DNA from: a virus
Strand: one strand, 5' to 3'
DNA length: 64,000 nt
IMG/VR virus record: IMGVR_UViG_3300031463_000004
Coordinates: 14,515-78,514 of that record
This document shows, in pieces, positions 1-7,613 of this stretch. Each line of letters begins with the position of its first letter. Position 1 is the stretch's first letter. The notes beneath the pieces were generated by a model. The model saw nothing but the letters and a program-made list of their open reading frames with translations, did not search any database and was not told the DNA's origin. The translations under genes were made by a program, and so were the position numbers.

Positions 1-385
1 GCTCATCAGGCCGGCAGAAAAGCACCTCGCCCTGCCGCAAGACACGCTCTTTCTTCAGCAGCGGACGGCACTGCGGGTCCTGATTAAATGCCACCTCATA
101 GACCCATATCCTTCCATCGTTCGCTTCCTGAAGTTCGACAAGAAGCTCGATGTCTGGATGACGTCTAGCGGAGAGACAGCGAATGGCACGCACGCCGCCG
201 CGACGAGTCACAGCCTCTTGGAAACCGCCTCCAGAAGAGGAGAGATCGCGCAAGAAACGAAACGCATCCAAGAAGTTCGACTTTCCCGAGGCGTTCGGCC
301 CAACGATGAACATTCGGTCTGGAATCTCGACCTCCACGTTCTGAAAATTTTTCCAGTTTCTGAGTACGAGTTTACGAAATCTCAT
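1..385 (-). CDS. AAA_21/SMC-like ABC-type ATPase, N-terminal part (runs off the left edge)
   Basis: Not in the ORF track. Manual translation from ATG at 385: MRFRKLVLRNWKNFQNVEVEIPDRMFIVGPNASGKSNFLDAFRFLRDL..., with Walker A GPNASGKS in the usual N-terminal context of COG4637-type ATPases. Confidence 0.85.
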   Translation of the reverse strand, partial: MRFRKLVLRNWKNFQNVEVEIPDRMFIVGPNASGKSNFLDAFRFLRDLSSSGGGFQEAVTRRGGVRAIRCLSARRHPDIELLVELQEANDGRIWVYEVAFNQDPQCRPLLKKERVLRQGEVLFCRPDE

Positions 386-550
386 TCAGAATCTCCATAC
401 AGCAGCGGTTCCTCCAGAACCTGAATCGGCTGCGCCCGAACATCCACCAGTAGAGCACTCGTACTCCATGACCACCCGCATTGACGTGGCCTCAGTCTCC
501 TGATTGGGCTTAGGCTGCTGGACCTCGGGCGTTTCTCGCCCTAGATGGAT
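382..550 (-). pseudogene. Degenerate C-terminal remnant of an SNF2 helicase-DUF3883 type gene
   Basis: One frame reads HLGRETPEVQQPKPNQETEATSMRVVMEYE. Another reads VDVRAQPIQVLEEPLLYGDSE* and ends in an ATGA overlap with the ATPase. Both resemble, from memory, the start of DUF3883 and the extreme C-terminus of such helicases. No usable start. Confidence 0.45.
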
Positions 551-551
551 A

Positions 552-788
552 CTACTTGGAGCTAAGACACTTACGATGATAACTGTTAGCGATGAGGGGC
601 CCAGCGTCTACACCACGTCCGCATATTCTACATCTTCCTGGCATAGCATGAGACACGCTGGAACTACCACACATTGAACAGTATCCGTGAATATCTAGCC
701 ACACGAACTGCCTACAGTCTTCGCACCAATACTGCACTCTAGTATTGAGCTTGGGTGGGATATAGGTGGAAGAATCCGGTCTTTGCAT
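552..788 (-). CDS. Small Cys-rich zinc-finger protein
   Basis: CEDC, CSMC, CRIC and HRKC motifs; GGAGG 5 nt before ATG at 788. Confidence 0.7.
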   Translation of the reverse strand: MQRPDSSTYIPPKLNTRVQYWCEDCRQFVWLDIHGYCSMCGSSSVSHAMPGRCRICGRGVDAGPLIANSYHRKCLSSK

Positions 789-819
789 ACCAGCCTCCAC
801 CTATGACTAACACACCACG

Positions 820-1182
820 CTACTCGCCCCTTATCCAGGCCACGAGTCCAATACTCCCCTTCTTATTCTTGAAGAAGTGGACTTGTCGCAGCCTCTCTTT
901 TGCCGCCTTCAGGCTGTCGTAAGTTCCCAGATTTCTCCCCTCTTCCGAATACACCCGCCACTTATTTTTCCCTGGGAGTTTCCGAATATATGAACTGAAT
1001 CTCCTGGATGCCCGGATTCCCTTCTCGTAGTATCCAGAACTCGGAGTATTCTGCTGAGCTGACCCCGAATCGTGTTGATACATTCTCGGGGAACCAGACT
1101 GAGCTGGAGCTCCGCGCTCCGTAATCCAAGAGTCCTCCTCAGGTACCTCAAACCACCGCCTTCGTCTCAACCGTCCCATCAC
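820..1182 (-). CDS. Hypothetical phage protein
   Basis: C-terminal IRK..KWRVYSEEGRNLGTYDSLKAAKERLRQVHFFK module of a kind common in phage proteins; overlaps the stop of the upstream gene. Confidence 0.65.
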   Translation of the reverse strand: MMGRLRRRRWFEVPEEDSWITERGAPAQSGSPRMYQHDSGSAQQNTPSSGYYEKGIRASRRFSSYIRKLPGKNKWRVYSEEGRNLGTYDSLKAAKERLRQVHFFKNKKGSIGLVAWIRGE

Positions 1183-1682
1183 ACGACCTCCAGAGGCATC
1201 ACATCGAAACCAAATAGCGCCATAGACGCAGCCGATTTCTCACTCCATGGCATATCTTCCCTAGTCACAGCCCCATCGTGGAATACATATTTCACACAAT
1301 CGTACACCCAGGAATCTTCATCCGTGTATGCGATGAGGGCGTATACAGGGATCCCAATAGTGCTAGAGTGCACTAGATTGAGAGATTGTATATGTAAATA
1401 ACCGTCATGCCCACGTTCTACGGTGGCCCTAGAGACAAGTAATCTATCAACAGAATAGTTATGGATTGGGGCATCTCCAGGGATTACACCCGATATATAT
1501 TCTGGGTACACTGGATCGTCAACAAATTCTCCGTTACGGAAATAGATGTAGACCCCAGGGACTAGCATCTCTGGAGTGTCATTCAGGCACACCCGAATAA
1601 ATTCCCCAATGGTGCAGAGGAGCTTCTCATGATGCTGTGGGTCCCTAAGGTTCGTCGTAGACCGCATCAGATACAGCCTCAA
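1179..1682 (-). CDS. Hypothetical protein
   Basis: 167-aa ORF that fits operon packing; no recognisable motif. Confidence 0.6.
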   Translation of the reverse strand: MRLYLMRSTTNLRDPQHHEKLLCTIGEFIRVCLNDTPEMLVPGVYIYFRNGEFVDDPVYPEYISGVIPGDAPIHNYSVDRLLVSRATVERGHDGYLHIQSLNLVHSSTIGIPVYALIAYTDEDSWVYDCVKYVFHDGAVTREDMPWSEKSAASMALFGFDVMPLEVV

Positions 1683-1992
1683 CCAGATTCACAAGGTCTT
1701 TGCGGCGTACCAGATCCTTCCGTAGGAGAAGTCTTACCGTACTCGGGCTAACCTGTTCTACTACACAATCAACACTTACGTTGATCTCTGCAAGTCTCTC
1801 TGGATTAATATGCGCGTGTCTGAACTCCCGAAGTACGACGTATCTGCGCGGGTCAAAAACAATGCTGGAGACACGGATTCTACGTTTCCGGTTTCGTAAT
1901 ACCGATACACTACGTTTAGGTCTAGAACGCTCTACTCTATGCTTGTCTCTTTCTTTTTCTATCTGCTTCTTCTTCACATATAGAGACCGCAC
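1645..1992 (-). CDS. Basic hypothetical protein
   Basis: GTG at 1992 preceded by GAGGAG, just after the SWIM gene stop; Arg/Lys-rich N-terminus. Confidence 0.55.
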   Translation of the reverse strand: MRSLYVKKKQIEKERDKHRVERSRPKRSVSVLRNRKRRIRVSSIVFDPRRYVVLREFRHAHINPERLAEINVSVDCVVEQVSPSTVRLLLRKDLVRRKDLVNLVEAVSDAVYDEP

Positions 1993-1994
1993 GC

Positions 1995-2396
1995 CTATAT
2001 CTCCTCGACTTCTTCTTCCATTCCAGGCACTTCTAGAACCAAATCGCGGTAATCTTTCCACACTTTGTACAAATGCTTACACAAGTAACAACTTCTTCCA
2101 GGGTTCCTTACTACCGGAGGAGCCCCATTCGAATGTAACACGACACTGGCCCCACGAGAGGCCATCGCAACCTCAAGATTGTACATAAAGTAAGGGCAAC
2201 TACAGTTACATATCACATTCCTACCGTCTTTCTTCAAGCCCACCCACACGAGATAGTTGTCCTCTCCGGACGCAACAAAAACATGCACCGGACCTACCTT
2301 GGAGACGTCTGTCATACCTTCGTAGGTCACACTCACAGATGCCGCCCTGGCACGGATAGGAGATGGGGTAGCCCTAGCCAGCTCATCGAACGTCAT
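1995..2396 (-). CDS. SWIM-type zinc-finger protein
   Basis: CNCSCPYF...LCKHL (CxC-xn-CxH) preceded by beta strands (VASGEDNYLVWV). Confidence 0.8.
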   Translation of the reverse strand: MTFDELARATPSPIRARAASVSVTYEGMTDVSKVGPVHVFVASGEDNYLVWVGLKKDGRNVICNCSCPYFMYNLEVAMASRGASVVLHSNGAPPVVRNPGRSCYLCKHLYKVWKDYRDLVLEVPGMEEEVEEI

Positions 2397-2424
2397 CCGG
2401 ATGAGCCCTCCTCAGATGTTCATT

Positions 2425-2883
2425 CTACTTTTGTTTCTTATTCGGGAGTAAAACCCTCCCGGCTAGAAGTTCGGATATAGCCCAGAGAATGAGGTCGTTT
2501 CTGCTAATGTGTAGGTCAACAGCTTTCTTTTTCAATTCTTCATGCATTTTCGTGGGGACTCGGACTTCCACAGGGACAAAAATTCTAGCCGCAGACTCTG
2601 CTGAAAATGCAGCTTCTGTCGCGGCAGTTAGAAGAGCCCGCGCGGTCTTTTGAACATCCTGAACCTGGAAGCCAGAGAGGAAACTGGTCAAATAGTCCAG
2701 TACGACAGAATCCGGTCTCCCTTTCGTAAGCATCTTCTCGCATACGTGAATCAGGCGGTGACATCTGGTACAGATTCTGCGTATATTCTGTGCGTGGTCT
2801 TGCCCCCCCTTCGACCTTTTGGTTAAATGGTGTACATCAGAAGTGTTCTCGTCAACCAGTTCCCCACAGAAGTAGCACTTCAA
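2425..2883 (-). CDS. HNH endonuclease with C-terminal ribbon-helix-helix domain
   Basis: CYFC..DVHHL..RSKGG.D..N...C..CH..IH; C-terminal VEVRVPTKMHEELKKKAVDLHISRNDLILWAI (Arc/HicB-like RHH). Confidence 0.8.
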   Translation of the reverse strand: MKCYFCGELVDENTSDVHHLTKRSKGGQDHAQNIRRICTRCHRLIHVCEKMLTKGRPDSVVLDYLTSFLSGFQVQDVQKTARALLTAATEAAFSAESAARIFVPVEVRVPTKMHEELKKKAVDLHISRNDLILWAISELLAGRVLLPNKKQK

Positions 2884-3800
2884 TTTTTCAGCCCCTTCGT
2901 AAAGCCACTGATGTCTTTCAAAAATGTCTTGAACTTAACCTTCCACGACGACTGAACACCGATAGCGAACTCTCGGAGGTAGGACCGTAATTTATCGTGA
3001 CGGTCCCCTGGTACAATAGACGATAGTTGATTCTGAACCTGCACGATCTTCGGGAGGAGATCCTCATAGAGGTCTCGGAGTAACGATTCCAGCTCGATGA
3101 CTACATAGGAAGTGAACCCATCCTCATACGTCAGTACTTTCGACATTTCTGTAGCCTGTTGCCTGGCTCGATCCAATAGACGCAGAGTACGCTGTTCTTC
3201 TTCTATGATACCTGATGGGATTACCAGATTCGGGAGTTTCGGAGGTGACCCGCTATAGTTCGTGTCCCCGGCTTCCTGATGCTCCCGTACATCTTCCAGA
3301 TACTGTGCATACTGTAACCGATATCTGGCCATCTCGTTGCGGAAACGTTCGTGGAAAACAGCTTCATGTCCGTACAAGTCTTCCAGTCTGGCCAGTTTCT
3401 CCTGTGCGATACCGAGCAGATGATTGAACACACCAGACATATTCTTGTATAGCTCACACCTGGACTGGAGAGACTCCTGTACGAGAGACATCCGAACAAT
3501 TTGTGGGTCTGCTGAGTAACGGCCACTCGGAGTGAGCTTACAGTGGTCCCTGAAATGTGTCTTCAGGGTATCCTTACTCGGAGGGGTGGAATCCTGGTCT
3601 ACAACACCTTCTGTGCGCCATTCTTCCCAATGGCTCGAAACGTCTCCGTGTACCTCATCAATCGTATATCCCAGTACGATTCTGAGATGCTCGATATACT
3701 CCCGAACCTCGCTCTTATAGTTGCAGATGAGACATGAACTGGATGAGACAGAGGTACTGAGAGTGGTCTTTACCTTGATGACTCTGCTGGCCATATTCAC
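2880..3800 (-). CDS. Zn/HTH plus coiled-coil protein, possibly small-terminase-like
   Basis: CLIC...helix-turn-helix...LKTHFRDHC N-domain followed by long helices. The functional call is tentative. Confidence 0.45.
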   Translation of the reverse strand: MNMASRVIKVKTTLSTSVSSSSCLICNYKSEVREYIEHLRIVLGYTIDEVHGDVSSHWEEWRTEGVVDQDSTPPSKDTLKTHFRDHCKLTPSGRYSADPQIVRMSLVQESLQSRCELYKNMSGVFNHLLGIAQEKLARLEDLYGHEAVFHERFRNEMARYRLQYAQYLEDVREHQEAGDTNYSGSPPKLPNLVIPSGIIEEEQRTLRLLDRARQQATEMSKVLTYEDGFTSYVVIELESLLRDLYEDLLPKIVQVQNQLSSIVPGDRHDKLRSYLREFAIGVQSSWKVKFKTFLKDISGFTKGLKN

Positions 3801-3826
3801 CTACTTACACACAAAAAGACACGTAC

Positions 3827-4216
3827 TCATACACCCTGTGGGGGTTTCTGACTCAGGGCAGATAAGAACTTGTATACAAGAGTACCCCTGTCCCCACGGC
3901 TCTGTAGTGCCCGAACTGCCGCCAGAATTGTGGACCTTGTCACTGGTGGATCCATCATTCCAGAGGTATCGCTTGGGAGAAAGGACAGAGCCATCCTTCG
4001 AGAGATCCTGTTCTCAATACTGGAATCTCTCTCTAATAGGTAATCCATGGCTTTTACCATGGCAGACCTAGACATAAGTTTGTCGGATTCCGAGCGTGGA
4101 ACGACTTTAGCACGTGCGTCCACAACCGGTACAGGTTTCTTCAGAGTCACTTTTGCTTTGTGTCGGCCAGCAAATCTGCTGTGGACACGTGCGTACAGAG
4201 TATCCGCATCGAACAT
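3827..4216 (-). CDS. Hypothetical protein
   Basis: 129-aa ORF in operon context. Confidence 0.6.
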   Translation of the reverse strand: MFDADTLYARVHSRFAGRHKAKVTLKKPVPVVDARAKVVPRSESDKLMSRSAMVKAMDYLLERDSSIENRISRRMALSFLPSDTSGMMDPPVTRSTILAAVRALQSRGDRGTLVYKFLSALSQKPPQGV

Positions 4217-4273
4217 TTACACCCCCAAAGACGCTACCCTGAGAACATGGACCCAGAATATGTGTCTGGGGTC

Positions 4274-4828
4274 TCAGGGAAGAAGAGCGCCGAAAGTCTT
4301 AGCCAATTCCTTTCCGTACTCCGCACCATACGCCTGAATATAGTACTGCTCAGCATAATCCATGAGAGAAGTTTTCTCTGGGTTCCTGGCAGCAAGGCGT
4401 ACAGAGATCTTGGTTGTAGGTTTAATGTCCTGGACAACGTTGGCGGAGAATACGAATCTCTTCGCATTCCCATCCTCACCCTGGAACTCAACGATGACGC
4501 CTCCGTCCTTGGACATACCGATCCTTTTTCCGGTTCCATACCCGGGGACATTGACGGCACCACGCTCCGCGGCTATAACTTTCTTCTCGATCTTCGCAGA
4601 TCTGAGTTCCGGCTCGTAGCCGAGGTCATCCCTACGGACCAGCGTGAATGTACCATCTCCAGATGGTTCCACAGCCCACACCTCCGTCGCCCCACCATCG
4701 GCAGCACGGAGAGCGAGCCCGCAACCACAGAGGAGATATCCAGCAGCCGTAATGTCTTGCACGGACCCGAAGACTTCCGTCTTAGCCTGTTTCACCCGCA
4801 TCGCAACTCGTTCAATCACATCCGACAT
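4274..4828 (-). CDS. Hypothetical phage protein
   Basis: ATG at 4828 with AAGGAG RBS; 184 aa. Confidence 0.65.
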   Translation of the reverse strand: MSDVIERVAMRVKQAKTEVFGSVQDITAAGYLLCGCGLALRAADGGATEVWAVEPSGDGTFTLVRRDDLGYEPELRSAKIEKKVIAAERGAVNVPGYGTGKRIGMSKDGGVIVEFQGEDGNAKRFVFSANVVQDIKPTTKISVRLAARNPEKTSLMDYAEQYYIQAYGAEYGKELAKTFGALLP

Positions 4829-5090
4829 GTTGGTCTCCTTTCCTATAGGCAGAACCCGATATCCGCCAAGCACATTCTACCATACGTAAACTTTCCGCCA
4901 CAAAAGCATTATACTCACGTGCACTCACCGACGCTTTTTTAGTCTTCTTCTTTGTAACATACTCTTCCGCCTTCCTTACAAGGGCTTGGAGCGCAGTACT
5001 AAAAACATATAGCTCCGGATCGAACTCCACGACTGCAAGAACCCGGGAATTCTCAAGCGCCTTTCTGAGTAAGCCGAGTATCTTTTCCAC
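4812..5090 (-). CDS. Hypothetical protein
   Basis: 92-aa ORF filling the gap between neighbours. Confidence 0.5.
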   Translation of the reverse strand: MEKILGLLRKALENSRVLAVVEFDPELYVFSTALQALVRKAEEYVTKKKTKKASVSAREYNAFVAESLRMVECAWRISGSAYRKGDQHVGCD

Positions 5091-5092
5091 GC

Positions 5093-5383
5093 CTACTCCG
5101 GGATAAGAATGGCCACGGTGCTTGTGAGGTAGTCTCGTACCCCAGCCTGTTTTCTAACACTAAGAACCTTCTTCTTTTCCTTAATCTCCAGTACTGACTG
5201 TTGCGGCGTCATCTTGAGATACCTACGGACCCAAGTGTACATGGTCACCTTTGAGACGCCAAGAACTGCACTTCTCTCATTCCACGTATTGTAGGCAGAA
5301 ATAACATCCCGAAGGACGGCATCAATACTCTTGCCGTACCCCTTTTCCACCCTAGAAACCTCGTATGACCGATTAGCTGACAC
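5093..5383 (-). CDS. HTH DNA-binding protein
   Basis: GTG at 5383 after GGAGG; WNERSAVLGVSKVTMYTWVRRY helix-turn-helix. Confidence 0.7.
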   Translation of the reverse strand: MSANRSYEVSRVEKGYGKSIDAVLRDVISAYNTWNERSAVLGVSKVTMYTWVRRYLKMTPQQSVLEIKEKKKVLSVRKQAGVRDYLTSTVAILIPE

Positions 5384-5446
5384 TCGTACCTCCAGGATGA
5401 CAAATATGAGGCCGATAGAATACAAATAGTAAAGTGCAATAACCGA

Positions 5447-6274
5447 TTAAATCTTTATCCTCTCTTTCAGCCCACGCAGTTCCGACTCAAACCCTAGAGA
5501 TGAATTCCATAATGCCCTGGGTCCCACACATTGGACACAGTATGACTCCAAATACCTGACGTAGTCTTCCGTATCTGAACCAGGGATCTTAATGTAATCC
5601 TCAATTCTGACGCTGTCTGAAGTAGAACCGTAAGGGAGAATATGGTACTTCAGGAACCCTCTAGTATATGACACAATCGGCACGTTCGGATCGGAGTGCC
5701 CAAGCGGGCCTACTACAATCTCTGGGGGCAATACAGAGACAGATTCTTCTATGTTTAGACCAAGAGGGAGCCCTACGAATGTAACGCGGTCGTCAAGGAT
5801 TTGACTCAGACTCCTCAAAGAGGATACCCAGACAAGAGACCCGTACTCAACAAGGACCCCTGATTCTGTCCGTACAAACCTGTTCAAGAGAGATAAGCCT
5901 TCAATCTTAGACACACATCCTCGCGACTTCAATATACTCGCTTCACCAACCCAGGAGAGTTTGAGATCAACAAATCCATCATCAATACACCGTAACAAAG
6001 AATAGAAGAACCAGACGTCTCCACCGAGTCTTTCGCGGAACATTCTGGAGTATTGTGTGTATCTCAGACGGTGTAATTGATCAACTCCACGTAATCCATA
6101 CCTACACAGAATATGCGGAATATCTATGTCCTCAATATAGATATATCTGACGTCTGGGTCCCCAGTATACACGAGGAACGTAGTGAGCCCGAGTTCCCTC
6201 AGAAAGTCCTGTACTGTTGCAGAAAATGGGGTATCCCCAACTATGCAAACATCACAAAGAATATTACTGGCCAT
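5447..6274 (-). CDS. Degenerate FAD/NAD(P)-binding (Rossmann) oxidoreductase-like protein
   Basis: N-terminal DVCIVGDTPFSA beta-alpha-beta with a broken GxGxxG; VEYGSLVW mid motif; C-terminal CVGPRALW resembling the GR(Y/F)AxW motif. Confidence 0.45.
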   Translation of the reverse strand: MASNILCDVCIVGDTPFSATVQDFLRELGLTTFLVYTGDPDVRYIYIEDIDIPHILCRYGLRGVDQLHRLRYTQYSRMFRERLGGDVWFFYSLLRCIDDGFVDLKLSWVGEASILKSRGCVSKIEGLSLLNRFVRTESGVLVEYGSLVWVSSLRSLSQILDDRVTFVGLPLGLNIEESVSVLPPEIVVGPLGHSDPNVPIVSYTRGFLKYHILPYGSTSDSVRIEDYIKIPGSDTEDYVRYLESYCVQCVGPRALWNSSLGFESELRGLKERIKI

Positions 6275-6545
6275 CTTGAGGACCGATAAAGTTTACCCAG
6301 CCCTTCCCGACAAGCCAACGTGCCATATCCAGGAGATTGGCCTCAGCACAGTCCATTGGTGTACATACATCCAGGGAACACCCGAATGCAGACCCATCAG
6401 GTCCAGGGGACAAGAAGTTTGGGCATTCCGTTGGGCATTGCACACTCGCTACCTCATAGACGTATTCCTTCAGATCCTTTTCGAGGCGCGAAACCAGATC
6501 TTCTTTGCTACATGGAAGAACCTGAGCCCGTCTAACGATCCTCAC
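6264..6545 (-). CDS. Small Cys-rich protein
   Basis: CPTEC...CSLDVCTPMDC; GGAGG-type RBS region upstream. Confidence 0.6.
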   Translation of the reverse strand: MRIVRRAQVLPCSKEDLVSRLEKDLKEYVYEVASVQCPTECPNFLSPGPDGSAFGCSLDVCTPMDCAEANLLDMARWLVGKGWVNFIGPQDGQ

Positions 6546-6566
6546 AACTTCCCTCCTGGAAATACA

Positions 6567-7613
6567 CTATTGCAGCCTATCCACAACTGCCTTCCGCATC
6601 CTCTCAAATAGCTCCTTGTCCCTAAGCAGTACCTCACGGACGGTTTCACGGCCCTGACCTAGCCGTGTCCCATCTGTTAGAGAATACCACGTACCAGATT
6701 TCTCAACTATCTTGAATTTCTCTGCGTAATCGAGTACCTCACCATGTACCGAGATACCAATGCCGTAGAGTATGTCGAATTCAGACTGCTTGAATGGAGG
6801 AGCCACTTTGTTCTTGACCACCTTCACTCGGACTCTGTTCCCAACAACTGCCCCATCTTTTGCCTGGATAGACCCAATCTTACGTATATCCAGACGCAGA
6901 GAAGCGTAGAACTTTAGCGCTCTACCTCCAGTTGTCGTCTCTGGGTTCCCATACATGGGACTCTGGGATATCTTGTCCCTGAGCTGATTGATGAAGAGTA
7001 CAACAGTACTTGTCTTACTCACCACACCAGCGAGTTTCCGCAACGCCTGGGACATCAGACGGGCCTGCAACCCCATATGGGAGTCTCCCATCTCCCCGTC
7101 AATTTCCGCCTTTGGTACCAGTGCAGCCACAGAATCAACAACAATCACATCCACAGCCCCTGACCTAACCAGTGTTTCTGTGATCTCAAGAGCTTGTTCC
7201 CCTGTATCTGGCTGACTAACAAGCAGAGATTCCGTATCAACCCCTATCCTAGCAGCATAATCTGTGTCCAGAGCATGTTCTGCATCAATGAATGCGCAGA
7301 CACCACCGAGCTTATTCGCTTCAGAAATGCAGTGCAGTGCAAGCGATGTCTTTCCAGCAGACTCCGGCCCGAATATCTCAATAATCCTACCTCTTGGGTA
7401 TCCACCAACCCCAATAGCCCAATCTAACCCAATACTACCGCTTGGGATGACCTCCAGTTTAATCTTTTGGCCTGTATCCCCCAACCTTGTAATCGCACCT
7501 TTCCCAAACTGCCCTTCAATCCTCGAAATCACATCTGAAATTGCTTTCTCACGAGGGTCCTCTGTTCTGTCTGACCCTTTTTGACGTGTTCCGGTTATAG
7601 ATACTTTAGACAT
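6567..7613 (-). CDS. recA: Recombinase RecA (bacterial type)
   Basis: QFGKGAI N-domain, GPESAGKT Walker [52 protein letters not shown]; start ATG at 7613 after AGGAG. Confidence 0.97.
   Translation of the reverse strand: MSKVSITGTRQKGSDRTEDPREKAISDVISRIEGQFGKGAITRLGDTGQKIKLEVIPSGSIGLDWAIGVGGYPRGRIIEIFGPESAGKTSLALHCISEANKLGGVCAFIDAEHALDTDYAARIGVDTESLLVSQPDTGEQALEITETLVRSGAVDVIVVDSVAALVPKAEIDGEMGDSHMGLQARLMSQALRKLAGVVSKTSTVVLFINQLRDKISQSPMYGNPETTTGGRALKFYASLRLDIRKIGSIQAKDGAVVGNRVRVKVVKNKVAPPFKQSEFDILYGIGISVHGEVLDYAEKFKIVEKSGTWYSLTDGTRLGQGRETVREVLLRDKELFERMRKAVVDRLQ

Noticed and set aside
158-424. Plus-strand 88-aa ORF
   Set aside because: Antisense shadow of the minus-strand ATPase, which has a clear Walker A.
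4160-4942. Long plus-strand ORFs (also 17051-17674, 45455-46126, 15418-15939)
   Set aside because: No motifs; they lie opposite well-supported minus-strand genes in a uniformly minus-strand region.
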